From the IMG/VR virus record IMGVR_UViG_3300029309_000002: a DNA stretch of 54,714 nt, one strand, 5' to 3'. The notes beneath the pieces were generated by a model. It was not told where the DNA came from. It did no database searches and worked only from the letters and a program-made list of their open reading frames with translations. This stretch comes from an uncultured virus (IMG/VR IMGVR_UViG_3300029309_000002) (taxonomy: Duplodnaviria > Heunggongvirae > Uroviricota > Caudoviricetes). Positions 1 through 9,020 of the stretch are shown piece after piece. Position 1 is the stretch's first letter, and every line of letters begins with the position of its first letter. The translations under genes and the position numbers were made by a program.

Positions 1-2
1 GT

Positions 3-803
3 AATCCACAGCTTGCTGATGTATTTATTTCAAATAACCATTCTGTATTTCATGTACATGACCAATCACTATCATTACAATCATATATGTTTTATATCCA
101 AAATGGTTATTCAGTTACAGAGTTTGAAGATACCAGACGTGGTAACTATATAAATGATTGGATGGCAAGACAACATGTAGAACATGTGCTATGGGATAAT
201 AATAGAGCAGATGTGCTTGATATGAATATAGGTTGTTGTGAGTATGACTCTCTCCCTTATGATACTTATGTTTACACCGGCATCAGTTTAGAGATCTTAG
301 ATAGGATCTATAACCATGGTGCTACTGTTATTTCTGAGAGAAGAGTTATGGAAGAATCTCCTAATCAACAGGTATTGACTTCTAGCCTTCTTAATACTAT
401 CAAGAGCATGTATGATGCTGGTGGTGATGACAGATCAATGTTAGAAAAACTTTTACCAACTATTAGGACTGATGTTAATAGACACTTATTATGGCAACTT
501 GCTGGTTCAATTAGTAGATATAATTTTAATAGTAGAAGTAAAGATCTAGACTATTGGTGGAGTAAGGCTAAGTTAGACTGGATGGGTAGACAATCTGCAG
601 AAAGTTTCTTGCTTAGTGAGCATGAGGATGATAAACTGACTAATGAAGGTTTTAAGTACTTAGAGCCTATGGTTAGACAAGAGATCAGTATTAGTAATAG
701 AGAGTTATATGTGTTTAAGGTTCAGGTGAAGCCTGAATTAGCTAATAAATATTTAAAAATTAAAAAAAATGAATCTAAGAAAATATTGGAGAATAAAACT
801 TGA
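3..803 (+). CDS. Hypothetical phage protein, 5'-truncated by the window edge
   Basis: The frame of ORF 87..803 stays open back to position 3 (NPQLADVFISNNHSVF...), so the real start probably lies upstream of the window. No recognisable motif. Confidence 0.8.
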   Translation, partial: NPQLADVFISNNHSVFHVHDQSLSLQSYMFYIQNGYSVTEFEDTRRGNYINDWMARQHVEHVLWDNNRADVLDMNIGCCEYDSLPYDTYVYTGISLEILDRIYNHGATVISERRVMEESPNQQVLTSSLLNTIKSMYDAGGDDRSMLEKLLPTIRTDVNRHLLWQLAGSISRYNFNSRSKDLDYWWSKAKLDWMGRQSAESFLLSEHEDDKLTNEGFKYLEPMVRQEISISNRELYVFKVQVKPELANKYLKIKKNESKKILENKT

Positions 804-1968
804 CGGAGACAAAAAATATATAAATAGTTTTGCTGATATAATGCTTCATGAGTCAAAAGATTTTACTGTAGAATTAGAATCTACTGATAGATATAGTATG
901 AAAGACTTTTTGAAGGCTGCAGAAGCAAACTTATCATCTGGTCAAATAAAAGATCTAAAGGGTATAAACCTTCTATATAGATATCCTGGAATTAGTTTAT
1001 CTAGAGACAGGGTTGGTTTATATTGTGAGAAAACAGGTCTTAAAATGGTTAGAGATAAGAATCTAGCAGATGCAAGAGTTGTATCTACAAAAATAATTGA
1101 GAAATGTGTTACATCTGGTTATTATGATAATAAGTTTATAACAGGTCAACAATTAATAAATGCTGTAAAACAAAATAATACTGCTTTTGCTAATGCTGAA
1201 TCTAAACAAAATGTTATTTTGGGACTGGAAAAATTCTTTGCTGATAAACTAGATGCTTTAGTTGCTGTTCCTGATCGTTATTATTATAATACTCAATGGG
1301 ATAATACCGTTGAAGTATTTTGTAAAGCATTAAATGGCTTGCCAAGTATTAAGAATTATGCTTATAAAGTTGCTACTAAAAATGAGAACTGGTTTTATGA
1401 AATCATGGGTGGTAAGTTTAAGTGGATACTTGATGATGATTGCAACCAGGCTATGTCAGATATATCTGTACCAATTGAAGATAAGATGTTCTTACAACTT
1501 AAACAAATGTTAAAAGGTGGAGCATCTGATGACGTTGCTGTAGCAATGACTATGATGGCAAATGCAAAGATAGAAGGTTCTGAGACATACCTTGGTATGA
1601 TATTCTTTCACTTTGGTGAGAGAATGAAGGGTACTAAAGTGTGGAATCAGGTTGGTTTCAAGTCTTTGAGACAAAAGTTTCAAAAGTATTATGATAACAC
1701 AAACTATCAGCATGGAACTTCTCATAGATATGAAAGATTAATTGACTTATTAATTCAAGATGATGCTTTAACTGTGCCAGCAATGGAACATGTGCTTGAT
1801 TTGTTATTTGAAAAAGTTATACAACAAGCTACAGGTTTACATACTTCTAAGGCATTTAAGTTAGAAAGATCATCTATATCATTAACACCAGATTTTAGAG
1901 CTAAGGTTAGAGCAAAATCTTTATCTGAAGCAATAAAGTCTGAGCCTGAAAATGATTTACCATTTTAA
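769..1968 (+). CDS. Hypothetical protein with SSB-like acidic C-terminal tail (...ENDLPF)
   Basis: 399-aa ORF, A-rich upstream context; C-terminus EPENDLPF resembles the bacterial SSB C-terminal DD(I/L)PF motif. Confidence 0.8.
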   Translation: MNLRKYWRIKLDGDKKYINSFADIMLHESKDFTVELESTDRYSMKDFLKAAEANLSSGQIKDLKGINLLYRYPGISLSRDRVGLYCEKTGLKMVRDKNLADARVVSTKIIEKCVTSGYYDNKFITGQQLINAVKQNNTAFANAESKQNVILGLEKFFADKLDALVAVPDRYYYNTQWDNTVEVFCKALNGLPSIKNYAYKVATKNENWFYEIMGGKFKWILDDDCNQAMSDISVPIEDKMFLQLKQMLKGGASDDVAVAMTMMANAKIEGSETYLGMIFFHFGERMKGTKVWNQVGFKSLRQKFQKYYDNTNYQHGTSHRYERLIDLLIQDDALTVPAMEHVLDLLFEKVIQQATGLHTSKAFKLERSSISLTPDFRAKVRAKSLSEAIKSEPENDLPF

Positions 1969-1970
1969 TT

Positions 1971-2969
1971 ATGAAAAAGAATCAAGAACTAGAAAACATT
2001 TTTAAATCTAAATGTGATAATGGTAATTTTGAATTCTCTTATTCAAGTTTAAATAGGCTTAAGTTTTCACCATCTCTTTTCTACAAGGATTATATCCTTA
2101 AGGAGAGAGAGGTGAGAACAGATAAGCATTTGATTGAGGGTAAGTTAATTCATTTACTATTGTTACAACCTGAAGAATTTGATAATAACTTTGCATTAGT
2201 GCCTGGTAAGATACCATCAGATGCTGTACGTAGAGTTCTTAATGAAATTAAAGATACTGCTGATAAAGAAGATCTAGAAGACTTAGAGCCTAATATAATT
2301 ACCGCTTTAAAACATCAGAACTTATATCAGTCTATTAAGGATGACTCAAAGAGATTATCTAAGATATTGACTGATGATAATAAGGAGTATTTTAAATTTC
2401 TTTTGAACTCTAATGGCAAAGACATTATAGATCAGGATATATATAAAAAGTGCAATGACTCTGTTGAGTTAATTAAAGAGAACAAGTCTGTTATGGAAGC
2501 ATTAGCTTCTAATGAAACTGACTTTGAACTTGATGACACAGAATCATTTGTAGAGAAAGCACTGAGTTGTAAACTACAAAACTATGACTTTGGCCTAAAG
2601 GGTATAATAGATAAATATATAATAGATCATAAGAATAAGACAATAAGAATAATAGATTTTAAAACCACGGGTAAGAGTGTCACAGAGTTTGCTGAAACAG
2701 TTGAATTCTATAATTATTGGTTACAAGCGGCTATTTATTCAGTACTAGCATTAAAAAATGCTGGTAATAAGGGTAAAGATTACAAAATAAACTTTACCTT
2801 TATAGTAATAGATAAGTATAATCAAATTTATAGTTTTCCTGTGAGGCCTAATACTATGGATTCATGGTATGCAGGGCTAGAGCAGGCACTTGATGTAGCA
2901 AAATATCATATTGATAATATGAATTTTGATTTACCATATGAATTTTTAGTCAATGAGGTAACATTATAA
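1971..2969 (+). CDS. PD-(D/E)XK exonuclease (RecE/Cas4/DUF3799-like)
   Basis: Motifs FSYSSL, GKLIH, LKGIIDK...IIDFKTTG and YWLQAAIY match the PD-(D/E)XK_1 pattern. Confidence 0.85.
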   Translation: MKKNQELENIFKSKCDNGNFEFSYSSLNRLKFSPSLFYKDYILKEREVRTDKHLIEGKLIHLLLLQPEEFDNNFALVPGKIPSDAVRRVLNEIKDTADKEDLEDLEPNIITALKHQNLYQSIKDDSKRLSKILTDDNKEYFKFLLNSNGKDIIDQDIYKKCNDSVELIKENKSVMEALASNETDFELDDTESFVEKALSCKLQNYDFGLKGIIDKYIIDHKNKTIRIIDFKTTGKSVTEFAETVEFYNYWLQAAIYSVLALKNAGNKGKDYKINFTFIVIDKYNQIYSFPVRPNTMDSWYAGLEQALDVAKYHIDNMNFDLPYEFLVNEVTL

Positions 2970-3544
2970 TGCACAGTAAATATTTCCAAAAAAGTAAAGT
3001 GTTTTTGTATCCATTGCTTGGGATACGCAGGGGTGTAGATTATACTCCTGTAGAGACATATTTATCGTGGAAAGATTACTATAGTGTTACTGATAGAAAA
3101 TTTATATGTTTATATAAACAAAGGAAGACTAATGCTTGGGCAAAGTTTGAGACATTATATCTTTTGCAGAACTCTAAATTTGAAGACTATTTTCAAGTGA
3201 GTCCTACAAAACATGTATATGTCTTTGACATGTCTGGCATTGGTCATGACTTTAACCACATAGTACGTGGTAGATATTCAAAAATAAGTGAGCCAATAAA
3301 AACAAATATTACAGATTTCTTTGGAGATAAAGGAACTATTGCTATATATGTTGATTCATATTTACATCCTGAGTTTTATCATGATGAGTATGCTGAAGAA
3401 CTAGCAGTAGATCCGGAGTTGTTATATAAAGTCTTTGAACTTTGTGACAAACCCAATTTGAATAAAGAAGAACTTACAATGAAAAAGAGTGATGATTTGG
3501 ATATTTTTAATAAAAAATTACTATCTTTGCTGAGAGTAAAATAA
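2969..3544 (+). CDS. Hypothetical phage protein
   Basis: 191-aa ORF coupled to the nuclease gene by a TAATG overlap. Confidence 0.8.
   Translation: MHSKYFQKSKVFLYPLLGIRRGVDYTPVETYLSWKDYYSVTDRKFICLYKQRKTNAWAKFETLYLLQNSKFEDYFQVSPTKHVYVFDMSGIGHDFNHIVRGRYSKISEPIKTNITDFFGDKGTIAIYVDSYLHPEFYHDEYAEELAVDPELLYKVFELCDKPNLNKEELTMKKSDDLDIFNKKLLSLLRVK
3496..3529 (+). promoter_or_regulatory. Putative Bacteroidota primary-sigma promoter (TTTG-N22-TATCTTTG)
   Basis: TAnnTTTG (-7 element) at 3522-3529 and TTTG (-33 element) at 3496-3499, just upstream of the ATG at 3564. Confidence 0.55.
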
Positions 3545-3563
3545 TTAAAAACTATATAAAATT

Positions 3564-4019
3564 ATGGCAAAAAAATCAATAAGTTTTGGTGGTAACATGA
3601 TTCTTACCACATCAAACTGGGGTCCATATAAGACCTTTAAACTAATGCCTGCAACAAATGATTGTCCTTATGTAGAGGCAATATTTGATCCAGGAAGTAA
3701 AATTCTTGCAGTTATATCTAAGACCTACAAAGGTTCTTATCACATGGTCCCTAAGTTGGATGACAATGGAGATGAGGTTAAACTAAGAGTAGGTAAAAGA
3801 ACTAACGGTAAAGAAATTAAAGAGCAGAGAGTTATGATGGATACTCATGCAGAGTATTATATAACAGATGCTGAAGAAATCAAAGGCTTTGTTGAAACTT
3901 TTGGTATCAATATAAGCAAAAATAAATATGACATAGAAGGATTTTTAACAAAAGATCCTGAGCCTTATAACAAGAATATGAGTTCTGCAAAGGCAACTAA
4001 TCTTAACATAGTTTCTTAA
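3564..4019 (+). CDS. Hypothetical phage protein
   Basis: 151-aa ORF with AAATT-ATG start context, flanked by a putative promoter and a terminator. Confidence 0.8.
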   Translation: MAKKSISFGGNMILTTSNWGPYKTFKLMPATNDCPYVEAIFDPGSKILAVISKTYKGSYHMVPKLDDNGDEVKLRVGKRTNGKEIKEQRVMMDTHAEYYITDAEEIKGFVETFGINISKNKYDIEGFLTKDPEPYNKNMSSAKATNLNIVS

Positions 4020-4043
4020 CTATTTTATTTGTGTGAATGCAAT

Positions 4044-4071
4044 GAGAGGGGACTTCGGTCCCCTTTCTTTT
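4044..4071 (+). terminator. Rho-independent terminator
   Basis: GAGAGGGGAC-TTCG-GTCCCCTTTC stem with a cUUCGg tetraloop followed by TTTT, 24 nt after the stop at 4019. Confidence 0.85.
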
Positions 4072-4088
4072 GCTAAAAATTTTAAATT

Positions 4089-4244
4089 ATGGTAGCATTA
4101 ACTACAATACTGGTTTTATATTTTATATTTAGATTGATTAAAATATGCGTTAGACAAGCTAATCAAATAGAAAACCAAAAAAAACTTATAGAAAATATGA
4201 CTAGGTGGGAAGAAAAATATAGGGGGGATAAAAATGAAAAATAA
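4089..4244 (+). CDS. Small protein with N-terminal hydrophobic segment (51 aa, not in ORF track)
   Basis: Translated by hand: MVALTTILVLYFIFRLIKICVRQANQIENQKKLIENMTRWEEKYRGDKNEK; fills the intergenic gap. Confidence 0.6.
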   Translation: MVALTTILVLYFIFRLIKICVRQANQIENQKKLIENMTRWEEKYRGDKNEK

Positions 4245-4326
4245 TTATGATGATGCTATGTTGGGATTTACCATAGGCTTTATCGGTATATTAGTTACAT
4301 TAGTATTAACACTTATATTTTATTAA
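4234..4326 (+). CDS. Small single-TM peptide (30 aa, not in ORF track)
   Basis: MKNNYDDAMLGFTIGFIGILVTLVLTLIFY; stops 1 nt before the polymerase ATG. Confidence 0.55.
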   Translation: MKNNYDDAMLGFTIGFIGILVTLVLTLIFY

Positions 4327-4327
4327 T

Positions 4328-6316
4328 ATGAATCACTGGGTCATGGATTATGAAACACTATGCAATTGCTTTGTTGCAGTGTTCAAACATTATAAAAGCA
4401 ATGATACAAGGGTTTTTGTTATTCATGAGCTGAGAGATGATTCTGATTCTTTTATAGATTTCTTAAGAGAAAATGTAGAAGAAAGATCTTTTCACATATC
4501 CTTTAATGGATTAGCTTTTGATGGACAAGTAACCAACCATATAATGGAGAACCATAAACAGTGGGGTAAAGGTGAGGTGTTTGCAAGGAAGATTTATGAC
4601 TTTGCACAAAAAACTATTGACTTAATTAATAATAGAAACTTTCCGCCCTATGCACCATGGGATTTAAAGATACCTCATATTGATGTATACAAGCTTAATC
4701 ATTGGGACAATATGGCCAAGCGGTCTAGTCTTAAGTGGATTGAGTATACAATGGATTGGAATAATATTCTTGATATGCCTATTGAGCATGACACAGAGAT
4801 AACTACTCAAGAAGAGATTGATATGATCATTGAGTATTGTATTAATGATGTGGAGGCAACAGAGGAGATATATAATAAATCAAAAAGTTTGATTGCACTA
4901 AGATTGGATTTATCTAAACGTTATGGTATTAATCTACTAAATGCATCAGAGCCAAGAATATCTAAAGAGTTATTTAGTTACTATCTTAGTAAGGAGCTTA
5001 ATATACCCAAGCGGGACCTTAAGCAATTAAGAACTTTTAGGCGTGTTATTAAACTTGAAGATATTATATTACCTTATATTAAGTTTGAGACAGCAGAGTT
5101 TAATAGTCTTCTTGATAGATTTAGGACTGTTGAGCTTGATCCGTTGAGCATCAAAGGTGCTTTTAAGTATAGTGTAAAATACCGGGGTGTTAAAACAGAC
5201 TTTGGCTTAGGTGGTGTACATGGTGCAACAAGAGCGGGGGTGTTTGAAGAGACAGAAGATATGGTTATAATGTCTTCAGATGTTACAAGCTTCTATCCTA
5301 ACTTGGCTATTAAGAATAAGTGGTCACCAGGACACTTTCCAGCACAACAGTTTTGTGATCAGTATGAATGGTTCTTTAATGAAAGAAAAAAGATTCCTAA
5401 GAGTAATCCTATGAACTATGTATATAAAATTATACTTAATAGTACATACGGTCTATCTAATGATAAGAATTCATTTCTATATGATCCTGAGTTTACTATG
5501 CGTATTACAATTAATGGTCAATTAACTTTGATGATGCTTTATGAGATGATCATGGAAGCAATACCAGAGGCCATTGCTATTATGCAGAATACAGATGGTA
5601 TAGAAACTATGATTCCTAAAACTGCTGTTGAAACTTATATGAAGGTGTGTAAGAAATGGGAAGAGATAACTATGTTGCAACTTGAGCATGATCAGTATCA
5701 AAAAATTGTATTTGGTGATGTCAATAACTATATTGGTATCTTTAAATATATTGAGACAGATCTAACAAAGTTTAGAGAACTTAAGAAGAAGAATCCTCAT
5801 TATCTATTTAAAACAGATAAAGATAAATTCTACTATGCTCCTGTTAAATGTAAAGGTAGGTTTGAGTTTACAGATCTAGCTATGCATAAGAACAAGTCTA
5901 AACTAGTTATTCCAAAAGGTATCTATGAATATTTTGTAAACGGTGTTTTACCACAAGTTTATTTACAACAGAATCAAAACATTCTGGATTATTGTATAGG
6001 TAGTAAAACTAACAGTGGTTGGCAGGTAACATCACAATACCTCAAAGATAACAATCTTACTGTTGACAATCTACAAAAGATAAATAGATATTATATCTCT
6101 AATAGAGGTAGTAAGCTTATTAAGGTAAACAAAAATGATGGACGTATGATTCAGCTTGAGTCAGGTCCATGGTTAGCTACAGTCTATAATAAGATGACTC
6201 TAAACCCTAAGTGGGATACCTATGATATTAACTATAAATATTATCAGCAAGCTATTGAAAAAGAGATAGATAATATCTTAGGAATAAGCTGTGGACAGCT
6301 TGATTTATTTAAATAA
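4328..6316 (+). CDS. Family B DNA polymerase (crAss-like PolB) with 3'-5' exonuclease domain
   Basis: Exo motifs MDYE, FNGLAFD and YCINDV; polymerase motifs DVTSFYPN, KIILNSTYG and NTDG; C-terminal QLDLF. Confidence 0.93.
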   Translation: MNHWVMDYETLCNCFVAVFKHYKSNDTRVFVIHELRDDSDSFIDFLRENVEERSFHISFNGLAFDGQVTNHIMENHKQWGKGEVFARKIYDFAQKTIDLINNRNFPPYAPWDLKIPHIDVYKLNHWDNMAKRSSLKWIEYTMDWNNILDMPIEHDTEITTQEEIDMIIEYCINDVEATEEIYNKSKSLIALRLDLSKRYGINLLNASEPRISKELFSYYLSKELNIPKRDLKQLRTFRRVIKLEDIILPYIKFETAEFNSLLDRFRTVELDPLSIKGAFKYSVKYRGVKTDFGLGGVHGATRAGVFEETEDMVIMSSDVTSFYPNLAIKNKWSPGHFPAQQFCDQYEWFFNERKKIPKSNPMNYVYKIILNSTYGLSNDKNSFLYDPEFTMRITINGQLTLMMLYEMIMEAIPEAIAIMQNTDGIETMIPKTAVETYMKVCKKWEEITMLQLEHDQYQKIVFGDVNNYIGIFKYIETDLTKFRELKKKNPHYLFKTDKDKFYYAPVKCKGRFEFTDLAMHKNKSKLVIPKGIYEYFVNGVLPQVYLQQNQNILDYCIGSKTNSGWQVTSQYLKDNNLTVDNLQKINRYYISNRGSKLIKVNKNDGRMIQLESGPWLATVYNKMTLNPKWDTYDINYKYYQQAIEKEIDNILGISCGQLDLFK

Positions 6317-6330
6317 TTTTATTAACTTTG
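6300..6330 (+). promoter_or_regulatory. Putative Bacteroidota primary-sigma promoter (TTG-N20-TAACTTTG)
   Basis: TAnnTTTG at 6323-6330 and TTG at 6300-6302, directly upstream of the ATG at 6342. Confidence 0.55.
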
Positions 6331-6341
6331 AAAGAAAAAAT

Positions 6342-7181
6342 ATGGGACATTCAAAACCAACTCAAGTCTCTAAGACTTATCTAGAAACTGCCCCATTACC
6401 AAGCCATGGAAAGACATATACCGTTGTCTCTCACAAGGAAGTAATGGATCATACAAAGAAGCTACTAGATCAGCACAACCTGAAGATAACCAAAAGTGTC
6501 TTCAGGTCTAACCTGAATGCTAATGTAGCGCAAGGTATATATCATATTAATACAAATAGCTCTGACTCAGAGTTAGGTATGATGTTTGCCTGGACTAATT
6601 CATATGACAAAAGCACAAGGTTCCAATGCGGGATAGGTGCTTATGTGTTTGTTTGCAATAATGGAATGATTAAGGGAGACATGGCCAACTACGGTCGTAA
6701 ACACACTGGAACTGCTAATGCAGACATTGCTCTTACTATTGCTAGACAACTGGGTCAAGCTAAACATAGCTATGCTCAACTGATACAGGATAAAGATGAA
6801 ATGAAAAATGTTTCTTTATCTACCAAGGAGCAAGCTGAGTTTGCTGGACGTTTGTTTATTGATGAGAAACTTATTGACTCACAACAACTAAGTATTGTAA
6901 AGGCTGAGATGTCTGATCCTTCATATAACTATGGAGTAGATCCAGATACCGCATGGATGTTTTACAATCATGTTACTCATGCATTTAAGGTTAATCATCC
7001 TAGAACGTGGATGGAAAAGCAATCTAAGTTTCATGAGTTTATGGTTGCAGAGCTACTAAGTAACTCTCAATTACAAAACAGGGATCAAGTTAAAGAACCA
7101 GAGGATGATGTAGATATTCCTCAAGAAATAGAATTAGATGAAAGCACGTTTGATCAAGCTGCTAATATATTTGATCTGTAA
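6342..7181 (+). CDS. DUF932/DUF945-family phage/plasmid protein
   Basis: NSYDKST...G.YVFVCNNGM...HTG motif. Start moved from 6291 to the ATG at 6342 (A-rich context, no overlap with the polymerase gene). Confidence 0.75.
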   Translation: MGHSKPTQVSKTYLETAPLPSHGKTYTVVSHKEVMDHTKKLLDQHNLKITKSVFRSNLNANVAQGIYHINTNSSDSELGMMFAWTNSYDKSTRFQCGIGAYVFVCNNGMIKGDMANYGRKHTGTANADIALTIARQLGQAKHSYAQLIQDKDEMKNVSLSTKEQAEFAGRLFIDEKLIDSQQLSIVKAEMSDPSYNYGVDPDTAWMFYNHVTHAFKVNHPRTWMEKQSKFHEFMVAELLSNSQLQNRDQVKEPEDDVDIPQEIELDESTFDQAANIFDL

Positions 7182-7620
7182 ACTAACAGGTAAAAATAAA
7201 CATTACTGGGATATGGACAGAGTCTGTAATAACTACGGTTATTCTGTCACTGATCATGAAAAACCAATAGATTTTGAAGTAACAATGAGTTGTCCTCCAG
7301 GGTTTGAATTCAATAAAAGCTACACCTTTGAGGAGTTTAATAAAATAAATAAAGAACAAATGGAAAAAGAAAAAGTAGATTACTCAGAAAAAAAGATTCC
7401 TAACTATTATATAGGAAAAACTTACGGTTATGAAGCACGTAAAGTGTGTGAAGACTTTGACCTGTCCTATAATGTTGGTAATTCTGTTACATATCTTTTG
7501 CGTTGTGGTAAAAAATATGAGCAAGGTATGGAGGATCTTGATAAGCATATAGAAGATATAGTAAAAGCCAAGAATCATCTTGACTTTGAACTAGATAGAT
7601 TGAAAAATCTTAAAAAGTAA
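7138..7620 (+). CDS. Protein with C-terminal DUF3310/SaV-like (T7 gp1.7-like) domain
   Basis: PNYY...GNSVTYLLRCGKK...EDIVKAKNHL matches the DUF3310 pattern; alternative in-frame start at 7360. Confidence 0.7.
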   Translation: MKARLIKLLIYLICKLTGKNKHYWDMDRVCNNYGYSVTDHEKPIDFEVTMSCPPGFEFNKSYTFEEFNKINKEQMEKEKVDYSEKKIPNYYIGKTYGYEARKVCEDFDLSYNVGNSVTYLLRCGKKYEQGMEDLDKHIEDIVKAKNHLDFELDRLKNLKK

Positions 7621-7676
7621 AGTGTTGTTGTTTGGGGGCCTGGCGTCTTTGTAATTTTCTTAGCTGGGCCCTTTAT

Positions 7677-7750
7677 GCACCCATAGCTCAATTGGATAGA
7701 GCAACAGCCTTCTAAGCTGTAGGTTGTAGGTTCAAGTCCTACTGGGTGTA
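7677..7750 (+). tRNA. tRNA-Arg (anticodon TCT)
   Basis: Acceptor stem GCACCCA/TGGGTGT, D-arm GCTC...GAGC, anticodon arm ACAGC-CTTCTAA-GCTGT, T-arm GTAGG-TTCAAGT-CCTAC; CCA not encoded. Confidence 0.95.
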
Positions 7751-7764
7751 CTAAAATTAAGCAT

Positions 7765-7902
7765 ATGAATAAAGATAAAGTTATAAGATGTAAACATTGT
7801 AAAGTATATAATATACAACCGCAAGGAGAAGAGTATGATGATTGTCTTTGCTGTGGAAAACCTTTAATTAAAAAACAAAAATTATGGAAACAATATACAT
7901 AA
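7765..7902 (+). CDS. Small Zn-ribbon protein (45 aa, not in ORF track)
   Basis: MNKDKVIRCKHCKVYNIQPQGEEYDDCLCCGKPLIKKQKLWKQYT; two CxxC pairs. Confidence 0.65.
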   Translation: MNKDKVIRCKHCKVYNIQPQGEEYDDCLCCGKPLIKKQKLWKQYT

Positions 7903-8012
7903 CAACTCACATATTTGTATTAGCAGCTGGAATACTTGCCGGCATATATATAGCTTCTCAGATAGAGAAGGGTATTGATAAAAATATTAATAGAGATAAA
8001 GATGGACGTTAA
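7884..8012 (+). CDS. Small single-TM protein (42 aa, not in ORF track)
   Basis: METIYITTHIFVLAAGILAGIYIASQIEKGIDKNINRDKDGR; short overlaps with both neighbours. Confidence 0.55.
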   Translation: METIYITTHIFVLAAGILAGIYIASQIEKGIDKNINRDKDGR

Positions 8013-8712
8013 AGAAATTCAAGAGAAATTTATGAACAAGCTCTCAGATGCTGCTGAGAGTCCATATGAAGGTTGGGTAGAGGCGCTTTGGAATACAGTA
8101 AATTCTAAAGCATTCTCTGATCCACTACTAGCGTTAGCTAAGGAAGTTGATAATGGTAAAAAGTTTACACCTAAATTTCCTGATTTACTTAAAGCATATG
8201 AGATGTGCCCATATAAAGATCTTAAAGTTGTTATTATTGGACAAGATCCATACCCTCAAGAAGGAGTTGCTGACGGAATAGCATTTAGTTGTTCAAAGAC
8301 TAACAAAGAACAACCATCATTAAGATATATATTTGATGAACTACAAACACAGTATCCAGATGCAACCAGAGACTGTGATTTAAGTAGATGGTCTAAGCAA
8401 GGCGTGCTTATGTTAAACACCGCACTTACATGTGAAGTAGATAACATTGGAGCTCATGTTAATATATGGAAGCATTGGAGCCAATGTATATTTGCTCATA
8501 TTTTAACTGATCATCCTAACAATCTTCAGTTTGTGTTTATGGGTGCTAAAGCAAAACCATTTGCTAAATCTATTTCTAATGATCATCACAAACACTTTGT
8601 AGTTCATCCAGCTGCGGCTGCATATAGAGGAGGTAAATGGGATTCAGGTAATCTATTTATAAATATTAATAAAAATCTAAGAGAGTTAGGTTATAAAGAA
8701 ATTGAATGGTAA
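8002..8712 (+). CDS. ung: Uracil-DNA glycosylase, family 1
   Basis: KVVIIGQDPY, GIAFS, QGVLMLNTALT and HPAA motifs; the ATG at 8002 is more likely than the TTG at 7975. Confidence 0.92.
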   Translation: MDVKEIQEKFMNKLSDAAESPYEGWVEALWNTVNSKAFSDPLLALAKEVDNGKKFTPKFPDLLKAYEMCPYKDLKVVIIGQDPYPQEGVADGIAFSCSKTNKEQPSLRYIFDELQTQYPDATRDCDLSRWSKQGVLMLNTALTCEVDNIGAHVNIWKHWSQCIFAHILTDHPNNLQFVFMGAKAKPFAKSISNDHHKHFVVHPAAAAYRGGKWDSGNLFININKNLRELGYKEIEW

Positions 8713-9020
8713 TGAATTGGAATAAAGATGAAATTGCAAACGTTGATGATTTAGAATATTATATTACAGAACATGTTCTAAAAGTAAATGAATATAATCA
8801 ATACTCTCCTAGTATAAGGTACAACCAGCAGGAAGATAACCTTACTATGAAGTTTAGATATGGCCGTGGTATTGTACCTGGTAAAGTTTGGAAAAAAGTA
8901 ACAGATTATTTAAAAGAGGATTATGAAATCCTAGAAGAAAGTAATCATTATGAAAGTAATTATGATCCAGGAGAACCACCAGAGTGGGTTCCTACAATAG
9001 TTTTTAAAGTAAAAGAATGA
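8706..9020 (+). CDS. Hypothetical phage protein
   Basis: 104-aa ORF overlapping the ung stop. Confidence 0.7.
   Translation: MVMNWNKDEIANVDDLEYYITEHVLKVNEYNQYSPSIRYNQQEDNLTMKFRYGRGIVPGKVWKKVTDYLKEDYEILEESNHYESNYDPGEPPEWVPTIVFKVKE

Noticed and set aside
1971..2969. Cas4 as evidence of a CRISPR-Cas system
   Set aside because: Lacks the Fe-S cysteine set and any cas neighbours; the context fits a phage recombination or replication exonuclease.
7807..7820. Extra copy of the late-promoter core TATAATATAC
   Set aside because: Lies inside a + strand ORF, lacks the flanking A-run and has no credible - strand gene downstream; probably chance in AT-rich DNA.
7575..7910. 111-aa - strand ORF
   Set aside because: Antisense to the tRNA and flanking + strand genes; its PVGLEPTT text is the typical translation of a tRNA antisense strand.
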